Shown: positions 1-17,314, counted from the first letter of the stretch. The stretch is 64,000 bases of DNA from the human T2T-CHM13v2.0 reference genome, Homo sapiens (GCF_009914755.1 NC_060926.1), one strand, 5' to 3'. Translations and numbers: made by a program. Notes: a model not told the origin generated them from the sequence alone.

Positions 1-90
1 AAGTGTTCTTTTTCCTGGTCCACTCTCAGCAGGAAGTTTGCATGCAGAGGAAGGTTCTCTTTATCAGGGATAGAATTGAGGAGAGCCCTG

Positions 91-1940
<1,850 letters not shown>

Positions 1941-3597
1941 GCACTTTTTAAGTCACCTCGACTTCTTTAGGCAAAGGCCTGTCTCTGTAGCAGCTCAGAG
2001 AGGAGTGTCCAAATGCCATGCAATGAAATGGCAGCATCGTTTCTTTTCTGCAGCTTCTTGGGCAGATCTTTAAATGGGCAAAGTGACCAACAAGGTGGGT
2101 GGGCAGGTGAGAGGATGTGCTTGCTGCCTCTCCAGAACCTGGTCTCCATCCTGGTGTCTACATTTTCCCCTTTCCCTGCTTGCTCTACACAGGAGTACTT
2201 TTCTCACCGGGTACTTGTTTGGTGACCTGGAGTGTGAGGCAGTGAATTTCATGCTGCTTTCAGGGCCCAGTAGACAGGCAGTTCAGTAGAGGCCAAGAGG
2301 TAAACTGGCAGCCAGGTACAGTGAGAGGGAAGCCTGACCTGGCAGCCTGTGATAACCGGACTGGAAGGCTGGGCATCATAATAGTCTCAGGGCTGCCAGC
2401 ATCACCTTTGGCACTGGTAGCTGCTTGTGCATCCAGGAGGAAGGCCTGTTAGGCAGCTGCTGCCCGATTCCACAGCCAGCAGGCAGTCGTGGGAGTCCCT
2501 GCCCAGTGAGTGCAGTTGTGTAGCGGGCAGGGATAGCTCCCTGTCCTGGTGAGAGACCCAGGAAGGGATGAATCCTTAAAATGAACAGACTGTTCATAAG
2601 CCTCCTCTCTGGGACTTAGAAAGAGCAACTTTGCCTTCTTCTGTGCTGCAGCTTCTCTTTGGCAGAGTTGGGCCCCAGAAAGGAGAAGCAGGAGACAAAC
2701 AGCTGCATCCACCCTGAAAACCAGATTATGTTACTAATGGTGGGTAGGAGTTAAGTGACTCAGCTGTGGGCAGAAGCCAGGAACCCTCGATGGGCCGCCC
2801 AGAATTGAACACTCAGGAGCTTTTCATTTGGAGAGAAGGATAATAAGGTGTAGCTTCATTTTGGAATAAGCGATACATCCAAGACAGGGAAAATCTAGAG
2901 CCCATGTTTTTGCCCTGATTTCCCATAGTTCTCAGCTCTAGCTTCCAGGCTGCTTTCCCAGATACTGTTAGGTACCAGTTAGAGGCTCTGTCCTTGAGAA
3001 CCACCTAGCCCATCTGGAGAAATACTGGGTGGAACAGGACACCACAATTCAGGAGCCTCGAACCAGGCAGGTGTTGTATAAGCCAGAGGAGGAGTCACCA
3101 CGTGATAGCAGAAATACCTTTAGCCTTGGAAGTTCTGAGGATTGCTCTGAACCAGCCACCTGCCTTCATGGTGAGAGATAAAGGAACTGCTATCTGGGAG
3201 CCCTGAGAGGTATACACTGTGTAGGAGGAGCTGACAAATGAGGTAGTACTAAGAAGACGGTTTGAGCCTAGTCGGAAATTCAGGTACGTCTAGGCCATCC
3301 AGAAATTGTGAACAAGTGATTCTTCTATCTAACTTGGTACGTTGAATGTCCTTGTGGGCTTAACACTGATATTCCCGGGCATCCAAAGTATCCAATAGGA
3401 AGGAAGAGCTCGTGAAACCATTCTGTGAAAGCCAGATTTTAGCCGATGTCCTGTGGTTCCAGTGCCTCTGCTTAAGGAATCTAGCCCTTTCCACCTCTCA
3501 TTTGGTGTTTCTTTGGGATCCCATCTAGTCTAGGAGTGTGGGGTGGGAGGAAAGGGCAGCCAGAAACTGACCTTCGCACTTATCTCTCCTTTTGAAG

Positions 3598-3622
3598 GGG
3601 GAAGACGTTTTCATCCCGCTAA
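3598..3622 (+). CDS. ARPC2: ARPC2 (Arp2/3 p34 subunit) last coding exon, C-terminus (T)GKTFSSR*
   Basis: Pyrimidine tract + AG at 3596-3597, then G GGG AAG ACG TTT TCA TCC CGC TAA, matching the remembered ARPC2 C-terminus. Upstream exons lie left of the window. Confidence 0.9.
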
Positions 3623-4055
3623 TCTTGGGAATAAGAGGAGGAAGCGGCTGGCAACTGAAGGCTGGAACACTTGCTACTGGATAATCGTAGCTTTTAATGT
3701 TGCGCCTCTTCAGGTTCTTAAGGGATTCTCCGTTTTGGTTCCATTTTGTACACGTTTGGAAAATAATCTGCAGAAACGAGCTGTGCTTGCAAAGACTTCA
3801 TAGTTCCCAAGAATTAAAAAAAAAAAAAAAAGAATTCCACTTGATCAACTTAATTCCTTTTCTTTATCTTCCCTCCCTCACTTCCCTTTTCTCCCACCCT
3901 CTTTTCCAAGCTGTTTCGCTTTGCAATATATTACTGGTAATGAGTTGCAGGATAATGCAGTCATAACTTGTTTTCTCCTAAGTATTTGAGTTCAAAACTC
4001 CTGTATCTAAAGAAATACGGTTGGGGTCATTAATAAAGAAAATCTTTCTATCTTA
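3623..4055 (+). other. ARPC2: ARPC2 3'UTR with poly(A) signal
   Basis: AATAAA at 4032-4037; ATTAAA at 3813-3818 running into an A16 tract. Cleavage site estimated. Confidence 0.75.
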
Positions 4056-4239
4056 CATGAGAATTTGCTGGGTTTCTGGACTGCGAGTCCAAAGTGAGAA
4101 GAGAAGGAAGAAGGATAGACCTATACTACCCTTGAACCTGCAAACCTAAGCTGGGAAGCCCTAGTTTCAGGAGCCCATCAGGTTTAGATCCTCACCTTCC
4201 CTAGAGGAGAGAATGGCTGGCCAGTGAGCTATATTTAAA

Positions 4240-8550
<4,311 letters not shown>

Positions 8551-10714
8551 AGTGTGAAGTGTTGAACAGCGGCTCAGGGAGGCCAACCAGGGTCCAGCAA
8601 ACCCCGTCCCTGCTGCCTCCATTGGTCCAGAGCTGGTACCCGCAGCCAGCATGACACTCACCCAGTCCCAGACATTGTGGGTCAACAGAGAGAAATTCAG
8701 ATAGCTAAGAGAATGGAAGCGGACAAAGGAGGCACAGGAGGATTCCGTGCCAGAGTCTGAATTGGTCACCCCCATTCAGGCTCTGCCTGAGGAAAGGAGA
8801 ATGGGGTCCGGGCACAGTCAGCTGGATGGAGCGTCTGAAGACGGCTTGCACCAGAGCCCTCCGTGGCTGAAGGGAGAAGCTAGGGGGTGAGTCAGCCCCA
8901 GGGCTTGATGGAACAGACAGGAACTAGATGATCTAGGAAGGGAGAAATGAGGCTGAGCAGGAGACAGCCCAGGCTCCCTGGCTGCCACTACCTAATCTGT
9001 CCCCCTTCACACACATCCCACACACAGTGTTTAGACAGAGCAGCAGAGAAGAAACAGACATCCTGGATCCCACAGGGAGCAGGCTGGGGCTGGGAACAGG
9101 AGGTCTGTTTATTCCTGGAAGTCACATATCAGAAGGGTCCCACACCCACTTCTGTCCAGGCCCCAGGCTGAACTCTCCCAGAGCCTGTGACTTCTGCCCG
9201 ACCAGATCCCGTGGTTCTGAGGACCGGCCCTGGAACCCTGCGTCCTTCCGACCCACCAGCTCCCTCGAGGATGGACTTGAGGCTGGATGCTTTCCTCTTC
9301 CCACTTTTTGTCCCAACAGAAGTCCCTGATCTCCAGGATCCCTGACTGGCTGTGCAGAGCTGGCACAGCCACACTCCACGGGCTTCCAGCCCTTCAGGCC
9401 CAGCTCTCCCGGAGAGCACCAGAGTCCCTTTGCTCCATTTACTTGCGCTCTTCAGCCAGCAAGTGTTTCCTAATGTCTCACCCCCAGTCCCAGCTTTCCT
9501 GCTGCAATTTCCGCCTGTTCCCTCCCATTTCAGGCCTTAAGGGAGTGTGGCTGGGCTTCTCTCCTCCCCCTCACTCCAAAGCCGCACTTGATACAAGGTG
9601 GAAATCAAAGCACCACTTCTGGCTTCCCAGCCTTGAACTTGCCCTTCCCTCTCAATGTATCTGGTTTCCTCAGCTTCCCTGTGCAGCAAGAGTGTCACTC
9701 CCCTCTTGCTTTTCCCAAGCTCCCCATGCGCCCCTCTCAGCAGATCTGTCTTAGAGGGGCCAGGTGCAGAGAAAGGCAGAAATCCTAATAATGTTCCCAG
9801 CGATCGCTGCCTGTCGCGGAGTGCTGAAGGGCCAAGTGTTGATCTGAGTCCTCATCACACGGGACTTCATTTAGTCTCACGATAGGTGAGTACAACTATG
9901 GGCCCCATTTGACAGATGAGGAAACTAAGGCAAGGGAACTTTAGTCATTTGCCCAAGTTCACTGGCTTTTTTAAAAAAGGATCCAGACAGCTCTGATTCC
10001 AGCGCCAGCTCATGCCTCTTCATCATGGGGGAGGAAAGAGAGGGAGCCATTTGTTGGGGCAAACCCCCACCCATCAAGGGCCATGCACTGGGGTATATGC
10101 CGCCATATGTGTTATCCTGTGATATTCCCCACCACGACCTTAATTAGAGGTGGTTTTTCTTGTTCCCATTTTAACACAGGCAAAAACCGAGGCCCAGTAG
10201 TACCTTACCCATGGTCACATCCCCAGAGCCATTTGTCCCTCATAGTTCAGAACTTGACTCAGAAAGCAGTTGAGAAAAGTGTGGAATGACCCCAGATTCA
10301 GGAAGGCAAGTCTGGCCTTAGAAACTGAAAGGCCCATCAGGTGATGGGATGGGGGAGTGAAGATCCTCAGGCCCCAAACACCTGCCACTGCCACCATCAC
10401 ACACGGAAGTGTGGAGGGAGCCTGGTGTGCTGTCAGCTGGCTGGCCAGTCCAGGGGCTTAAATGTAAATGCATCAGCTGAGGCGGGAAGTCGGGAGGGGT
10501 AAGTCAATCATTATTATTCATTAACTGGAATGCATTTCTCAGATTACTCCGAGCTGGAGTAGGGAAACTGCCACCTAGGTGGCAGGGGGAGAGGGGAACT
10601 GGGTGGGAGGGGGAGGCAGGCCTCCCAGTTGCTGCAGTTTGGAATATGTCAGGTCCCACCCTCCCAGAGGCGGGGCCAGGGCTGAGTCCTGCCAGCCTCA
10701 TTTCTCTATCCCTC

Positions 10715-10917
10715 TGAGAACCCAGACGGGCAGAGCCTGGGTAGGAGAGCCTGGCCCCGCTGTCCCCACTGGGTGGAGACACCATGCACTTGGTCCACTT
10801 GTGCTCTTCAGCCAGGACACCAGACATGGTCCAAACCGCTGCAGGGCTGGCTGCAGCAACTCCCTGACACTCAGGAAGGCCCAGGCTGGGCAGGCAATAC
10901 CTGCTCCCAACAGCCAT
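10715..10917 (+). other. GPBAR1: GPBAR1 non-coding 5' exon (start approximate)
   Basis: Donor CAT|GTGAGT at 10917/10918 pairs with acceptor CTGCAG| at 12380; junction matches my memory of the mRNA 5'UTR. TSS cannot be fixed from sequence. Confidence 0.6.
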
Positions 10918-12425
10918 GTGAGTAGCTACTCCCCCAAACCCCCAAACCCCAGATCCTGGAGAGGCTACTACACCCAGCCCAAGCCACCAGACCCTCGGGG
11001 GTGTGCAGGTGGTACAGCCTGCACCCTGCTGGGAAATCACCCCTGGGGGCTGCTCCCTGCCTTTGTCGCTGTTCTAGTGGAGGTGGGTTGGGGGGAATCA
11101 TTCCGATTAGGGCTGGGAGCTCCAGCTCAGGCCAGGTTTGGGGTAATGGACCCTGAGTCTCACGGGACTTAAGAGAGTTGATGATGCCCTGGGAAAGGGA
11201 ACAGAAACTGCAAGGCCTCTAGAGAGGAAAAGACATCCTGGGTGGAGGGCACTGGAAGAGATTGAGAAAGAGAAAACATGCTTAGGGGAGGGGAAAGGGG
11301 GCATAAGGCCTTGGAGGCCCAGGCTCAGGGTGCTGGGGGAACCTGGGAAGGAAGGGGAGCATCTTCCTTCCTCTCAGCTCAGGGCAGCCATGGGGCCCTG
11401 ATCCCCTGTCCTGGAGGAGGGGAGAGGTATGAATCCTTTCCTTATTGACTTGGATCCTAGCAACAGCAGCTGCTCCCCTGTTGACAGAAGCAGGAGTTCC
11501 CACAGGACCCAGGACCCCTCCCCCTGTCCCCAGGATGTGGCAGCAGAGCCATGACACTGGAGGACTGAGACCAGGGAATGACGGGAAGGACAGGGACAGA
11601 TGAGAGCCACAGAGAAGCCAGACTCTGCCCAGACTCCTCTTCCCTCTCCTCTGGGCTCAGCCTCAGGCCTGGGGGTGTGGGGGAGTCCCTCTCCTTGCTG
11701 CTGGCATCTCCATGTTCACTGCCACACGTGCCCTCCAGCTGCTTCTCTCCTCCCTCCAGCTCCCAGGAAGGACCCTGTTGCTAGTGTGGAGCAAAGACGA
11801 GTCAAGTTTATGGGCTGGAAGTCCTACCCGGAGGCTGCTCACTGAGCTGTGATGGCTACAAGGACAGATGGGGGGAAGGGTGCAGGGTGCCCGAGACCTG
11901 GCCCGCTGGAGCCTGTCACCTAATGGCTGGCTGGAAGACCACTACACACCAGCCAGCCCTGGTCCATTCTCTCATTTAGAGGCCTCCCCGGTGGAGGCAG
12001 GGATACACAAAATGCTTTGGGGCTGGATGGGCCCGCCTTTCAGTCTAAACAAGAGACCTCAACACAGCTGCCCAGAAAAGGCAGATACCAGAAATGGATA
12101 AAGCTGGCTGGGTGGGGACTGTCCGAAGGGCAGCCAGCAGTGAGCTCCGGCTGGTTGCTACCACACAGGACATATGTGTTGCCAGACCTGAATTTTCAAT
12201 AGAAACCAAAGATAGTTTTTTATATAAATGTTTAATTGGCAATTAATTGAAAAATTCTGTGTATCAGCGAACATGATACAGCCCACAGCCTGCGGGTCTG
12301 CGCCCCTGGATTAACATGCTGCCCTGCCAGGAGGACACGACCTGCAGCCCCATCCTAACTCTGGCCACCCCATCCTGCAGGCATGCCGGCTGCCGCTCCA
12401 GGACTCCCCTGTCCCCAGGACCAAG

Positions 12426-13418
12426 ATGACGCCCAACAGCACTGGCGAGGTGCCCAGCCCCATTCCCAAGGGGGCTTTGGGGCTCTCCCTGGCCCTGGCA
12501 AGCCTCATCATCACCGCGAACCTGCTCCTAGCCCTGGGCATCGCCTGGGACCGCCGCCTGCGCAGCCCACCTGCTGGCTGCTTCTTCCTGAGCCTACTGC
12601 TGGCTGGGCTGCTCACGGGTCTGGCATTGCCCACATTGCCAGGGCTGTGGAACCAGAGTCGCCGGGGTTACTGGTCCTGCCTCCTCGTCTACTTGGCTCC
12701 CAACTTCTCCTTCCTCTCCCTGCTTGCCAACCTCTTGCTGGTGCACGGGGAGCGCTACATGGCAGTCCTGAGGCCACTCCAGCCCCCTGGGAGCATTCGG
12801 CTGGCCCTGCTCCTCACCTGGGCTGGTCCCCTGCTCTTTGCCAGTCTGCCCGCTCTGGGGTGGAACCACTGGACCCCTGGTGCCAACTGCAGCTCCCAGG
12901 CTATCTTCCCAGCCCCCTACCTGTACCTCGAAGTCTATGGGCTCCTGCTGCCCGCCGTGGGTGCTGCTGCCTTCCTCTCTGTCCGCGTGCTGGCCACTGC
13001 CCACCGCCAGCTGCAGGACATCTGCCGGCTGGAGCGGGCAGTGTGCCGCGATGAGCCCTCCGCCCTGGCCCGGGCCCTTACCTGGAGGCAGGCAAGGGCA
13101 CAGGCTGGAGCCATGCTGCTCTTCGGGCTGTGCTGGGGGCCCTACGTGGCCACACTGCTCCTCTCAGTCCTGGCCTATGAGCAGCGCCCGCCACTGGGGC
13201 CTGGGACACTGTTGTCCCTCCTCTCCCTAGGAAGTGCCAGTGCAGCGGCAGTGCCCGTAGCCATGGGGCTGGGCGATCAGCGCTACACAGCCCCCTGGAG
13301 GGCAGCCGCCCAAAGGTGCCTGCAGGGGCTGTGGGGAAGAGCCTCCCGGGACAGTCCCGGCCCCAGCATTGCCTACCACCCAAGCAGCCAAAGCAGTGTC
13401 GACCTGGACTTGAACTAA
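12426..13418 (+). CDS. GPBAR1: G protein-coupled bile acid receptor 1 (TGR5), 330 aa, intronless CDS
   Basis: ORF MTPNSTGEVPSPIPKG...VDLDLN with seven hydrophobic segments, ERY (DRY-type) motif and CWGP motif. Confidence 0.98.
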   Translation: MTPNSTGEVPSPIPKGALGLSLALASLIITANLLLALGIAWDRRLRSPPAGCFFLSLLLAGLLTGLALPTLPGLWNQSRRGYWSCLLVYLAPNFSFLSLLANLLLVHGERYMAVLRPLQPPGSIRLALLLTWAGPLLFASLPALGWNHWTPGANCSSQAIFPAPYLYLEVYGLLLPAVGAAAFLSVRVLATAHRQLQDICRLERAVCRDEPSALARALTWRQARAQAGAMLLFGLCWGPYVATLLLSVLAYEQRPPLGPGTLLSLLSLGSASAAAVPVAMGLGDQRYTAPWRAAAQRCLQGLWGRASRDSPGPSIAYHPSSQSSVDLDLN

Positions 13419-13539
13419 AGGAAGGGCCTCTGCTGACTCCTACCAGAGCATCCGTCCAGCTCAGCCATCCAGCCTGTCTCTACTGGGCCCCACTTCTCTG
13501 GATCAGAGACCCTGCCTCTGTTTGACCCCGCACTGACTG

Positions 13540-13545
13540 AATAAA
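13540..13545 (+). terminator. GPBAR1: GPBAR1 poly(A) signal
   Basis: AATAAA 122 nt after the stop codon. Confidence 0.85.
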
Positions 13546-13843
13546 GCTCCTCTGGCCGTTTATGATTATCTCATTCCATATCTCAGGGCGAGGCAGGAGG
13601 AAATGGCTCAACACACCAACAATAGAAAGAACCTACAGACATACGCGTGGATTAAGGCAGAGTCCGACTCCAGGCAGGCAAGAAGTGTCGTGCGCACAGA
13701 CCACCCCTGGAGATGGGGAGCTGGCACATCTCAACATCCAGCCGATTCTGCGGGACAGCCTTGCCCTGACGGGGCCCTCGCTAGCTCCTCCTAGGGTCCA
13801 GCCATCACAAAATCCACACAGACTCTGTCTCTGGGAAGTATAT

Positions 13844-13849
13844 TTTATT
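13844..13849 (-). terminator. AAMP: AAMP poly(A) signal
   Basis: TTTATT on + (AATAAA on -), ~385 nt past the AAMP stop. Confidence 0.8.
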
Positions 13850-14233
13850 TACATTTTTAAAATCTTTAACTAGTATCTCTTCCTCCTTTCCACCCCCAGA
13901 GACTTGGGAAGGGAAAGAACGGGAACCTCAAACACCTACTCCCCACATACAAATACACACCCCATGGCTCACACCAGCAAATGAAAGTGAAAGAGAAACA
14001 GGTCCACCCCTCCCTCTGAAGGGCCCACCAGGTCTGGGCAAGGGTGGGAGGGCCCTGGGCTGGGTCTCTAAAGAGAAGAAAAGGAGAGGGGAGCAAGTCA
14101 GTTGAAGAGGCTGGAAAGTCATCCAGGGCCCCACCCTCCTCTTCCCTCTGTGCCCTACTGCCTCTGCTGGCAGACAGGGGCAGGGGTCCCTTCGTCCCCT
14201 CAACACCAGACACACAGGCAGGGGCTGCAGCCA

Positions 14234-14309
14234 TTAACGGTCAGGCCTTTGGACACAAAATACTTTCGCTTTGTGGTCTCCTGACGTGGTCACCACCAGG
14301 GAGGCATCT
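14234..14309 (-). CDS. AAMP: AAMP exon 11 ([24 protein letters not shown])
   Basis: TTTACAG acceptor, TAA at 14236-14234. The 11 exons sum to 1305 nt = 434 aa + stop. Confidence 0.93.
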
Positions 14310-14720
14310 CTGTAAACAGAAAGCATGTGATTGCAGAGACTGGGGGACCCAAGCCCACCACCTAGGGGCCCTAGGGTGGGCTCCTCCAGCACACCCTCAG
14401 TTCTAGGGCCCTAGTGCCTAGCACTGGGCCGACATCTCTGCAGCCAGCATGGAGGGGATTAGAGGAAGCCCCCAGCACGGGAGAAGCAGAGCTGACTCCG
14501 ATGGGGAAAATCAGTCTCAGCCTCTCCCTCATGACTGAGACGTGGGGCCCCGGAGGGTCACTGTCAGCCACTGGAATGGGGGCTGGGCTGTGAACCCTCA
14601 GGCTTCTCTGCATTCCTGCCTTAGGAATCCCTTCCCACACCCCAAGGATCCTGTGTCCCCTACATACTACTGCCACCTTCCAAATACACAAAGATCCCAG
14701 CCCTTGGCCAATTCACTTAC

Positions 14721-14875
14721 TTGCTGAGGGCAAAGTCCAGGATCTCAGCCGTGTGGCCCCGGTAGTCAGTAAGCAGGCGGCCGGTCCGGGCGTCCCAGAG
14801 GCGCACGATGCCATCCAGGCTGCAGGTATATACCACGGCAGTGCCTGCCTCCCACAGCAGCTGCACGATGCCCGA
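14721..14875 (-). CDS. AAMP: AAMP exon 10 (SGIVQLLW...DFALSK)
   Basis: AG/GT boundaries; WD40 repeat (RLWD, GH). Confidence 0.93.
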
Positions 14876-15071
14876 CTGCCCCGAGGAATGACAGAGGCAG
14901 GGCGGAGGTTGGCAGGAGAGCTGAGAGCCATCTGCTCCCAATTCTCAAAGAGGGACAGCCACACACAAGGGCCAGGCAGGAGCCAGATCTGGGGTAGATG
15001 CTCCTGGAGGCCTGGGCTTCCCCACCACTATGGACACAGCCCACAGGGACCCCAGCTCCAGCTGCCCATAC

Positions 15072-15162
15072 CTGGTGCTGACACTGATGCCTAAGAGTCT
15101 GCGTAGCCAGGTCATAGATGGCCAAGGTCCCATCCAGGTAGCCAACAGCTGCCAGGGGCATC
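15072..15162 (-). CDS. AAMP: AAMP exon 9 (MPLAAVG...QCQHQ)
   Basis: AG/GT boundaries, phase-consistent. Confidence 0.92.
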
Positions 15163-15279
15163 CTGGCCAGAGGAGCGTACCATGAAGACTCATGAGGGCC
15201 TGGACTCACACGCCCTGCCGTCCTCCCGGGCCCCCAGCCCAGGCCCCTCCCACAAACCCCTTTCCCCATCCTCACTCAC

Positions 15280-15383
15280 ACACTGCAGAAGCCCAAGGAC
15301 TCCACCGAGTTGGACTCACTCTCCTCCCCTTCTCCCAGGCTGGGCTGGGAGGCCACAGTCTCAGGTCTAAAAACACCCACCAC
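15280..15383 (-). CDS. AAMP: AAMP exon 8 (VVGVFRPE...GFCSV)
   Basis: AG acceptor, GTGAGT donor, phase-consistent. Confidence 0.92.
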
Positions 15384-15531
15384 CTGAAAGCCAGAGAGGA
15401 TCAGAGGAGGACACGGAATCCGGGTGCTTGATGGAGAGAAAGACGGTGGGGAGAGGAGACAGTGAAGACCCAGGAAGGAAGGAGAGGAGTCGGGAAAGCG
15501 GAGGCCCCAGCCGGGCTCCAGGTCCACTCAC

Positions 15532-15647
15532 CTTGCCGGTGGTGGCACTGACCAGCTTGGCCTGGCAGTCCACAGAGCCAGTTAGGATCAAGCTGCCATC
15601 CTGGTTGGCAGCAACACAGGTGAGTGGGCCCTGGTGACCCTCAGTCC
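15532..15647 (-). CDS. AAMP: AAMP exon 7 (GTEGHQG...ATTGK)
   Basis: AG/GT boundaries; WD40 repeat. Confidence 0.93.
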
Positions 15648-15764
15648 CTAGCATAGAGCAGGGAGGCAGCTCAGGCTTCGTCCTACCTCCCCTCTGAGTC
15701 CTGCCCCAGGTTCTCAGCCCCTCCCTACAAAGGCCCAGGCTAACACTTCCCCCACCTCTGATAC

Positions 15765-15848
15765 CTTTCAGTACATGGATAGGGCTTCCCTGCTTCAGGT
15801 CCCAAATCCTGATGGTCCCATCTTCATAGCCTACCACAGCTCTCTTCC
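15765..15848 (-). CDS. AAMP: AAMP exon 6 (GKRAVVG...IWD...HVLK)
   Basis: AG/GT boundaries; WD dipeptide. Confidence 0.93.
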
Positions 15849-16143
15849 CTGAAGAGAGGCACAGATGAAGAGAGGGCAGAGGGCACGCTCACATACACTA
15901 AGCAAGGGAATGGGGAGAGGGAGAGGAAAGAAGAGTGGAAGGGCCCAGACACTGCCCCAGGAATCACAGGTGAGTTCAGAGCAGGAAGGAGGCGCTGTGA
16001 ACTTTGGGGCCCAGGAGGTCAGCACTGCAAACAGCAGGCCTCAGATTTTGCCGGCTGTGACCCAGAAGGCTGCTCTGGGAGGTGTATATCCCGGGATTCG
16101 GCCTCTGCACCCAGGAAAGGTCACTCAAGGGAGGTGCTCTCAC

Positions 16144-16288
16144 CATCAGGGAGGACTCGGCCACAGGTGGCTGGGCAGTTGGGACCCTGGAAGGTCTTGC
16201 AGTCACCATTCGGGACTTTCCACATCCAGGTGTTGCCGTCAGCTGTGCCCGCCAACAGGACAGGTGCCCGAGGATGCCACTCCATCCA
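16144..16288 (-). CDS. AAMP: AAMP exon 5 (WMEWHP...RVLPD)
   Basis: AG/GT boundaries, phase-consistent. Confidence 0.93.
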
Positions 16289-16547
16289 CTGGACAGGGAG
16301 GAAGGGGCAGCAGGGAGGCCCGTCACCCCATCCCACCTAGAAGCCTGCCCCATGAGCTCCACCCAAGGTTTCCTGCCTCTGGGGTTCCGCGGGGACTTTC
16401 CAGGTAGCAGGTAGATATTCTTCCTGTGCCTTGGGGCGCATTGGCTCAGAGCTGGCTTGGCGCAATAAAGGCAGAACTGGCCTCCCAAGCTTGCACCCCC
16501 AACAACCCAAGGCCCCACAGAGCTGACTCCCGCTCTGATGATCTTAC

Positions 16548-16687
16548 CTCCAGGTCTCCCGCTTCAAAGGACCAGACCTCCTCCTTAGTGTCCACCTGCC
16601 ACACTTTCAAGAGGCCACTCATGTCCCCTGTGGCCACTAGAGTGGAGTCATGGCTGAAACCAGCACAAGTCACAGAGTCTTTATGGC
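16548..16687 (-). CDS. AAMP: AAMP exon 4 (GHKDSV...AGDLE)
   Basis: AG acceptor, GTAAG donor; WD40 repeat. Confidence 0.93.
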
Positions 16688-17194
16688 CTTCAAAGAAAAG
16701 TGGGCAGAAAACAGAGGAAAAAAATAGGGTACCTGGTGCTGGGGGCATGTGATTCTGGTATCTGGCCCACTGAAAGGACCAGCTAGGAAAAAAAGAGGGG
16801 CGGGACTGAGCAGAACAGGTGCTGGAACTCACCACCACTCTAGGAACCAATACTCCCATGTCTGCTGGGAGACACTGCTGGCCCTCACTCAACCAGACCA
16901 AGTCCCAGCCTCCTATGCCTTCCCCCTTCTGTCCACTCTACACCTCTGCCCGCCTGCTCCTATACCAATGTGGCCTTCTCTGGCCTTTCCTGGATTCCCT
17001 TGGCCAATTAGTGCCTCCTGCCTCTGTGCCCAAAACACACTAGTATTCGCCCCGTGTCCCTGGGGCCCAGCACAGAGCTGGCACAAAAGAGATGTCACTA
17101 AGTGGCTGTTGGATGCACAACCTCTGCAGGTCAGCCTCCTAAGATCTCCCAAAAGAATATGACCTCTCCCAGGCCTCTACCCCAGCCCCCTCAC

Positions 17195-17314
17195 CTGCAC
17201 ACTCAAAGAGCAGCTCCCCATCGCTGAGCCGCCATACGAAGGCTTTGTCATCTTCACCCCCGGTCACTGCCAAGGTATTGGTCTTGGGGTCCAGGCTCAC
17301 ACAAAACACAGATG
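17195..17314 (-). CDS. AAMP: AAMP exon 3 (ASVFCVS...LFECA)
   Basis: AG acceptor, GTGAG donor; WD40 repeat. Confidence 0.93.

Noticed and set aside
3813-3831. ATTAAA plus A16 as an alternative ARPC2 3' end
   Set aside because: Cannot be distinguished from an oligo-dT internal-priming artefact
10504-11172. Overlapping 178-aa and 197-aa ORFs around GPBAR1 exon 1
   Set aside because: GC-rich promoter/intron sequence crossing a splice donor; low-complexity products
12221-12228. TATATAAA upstream of GPBAR1 exon 2 as an internal promoter
   Set aside because: Sits in a generic AT-rich patch; a motif alone is insufficient without CAGE data
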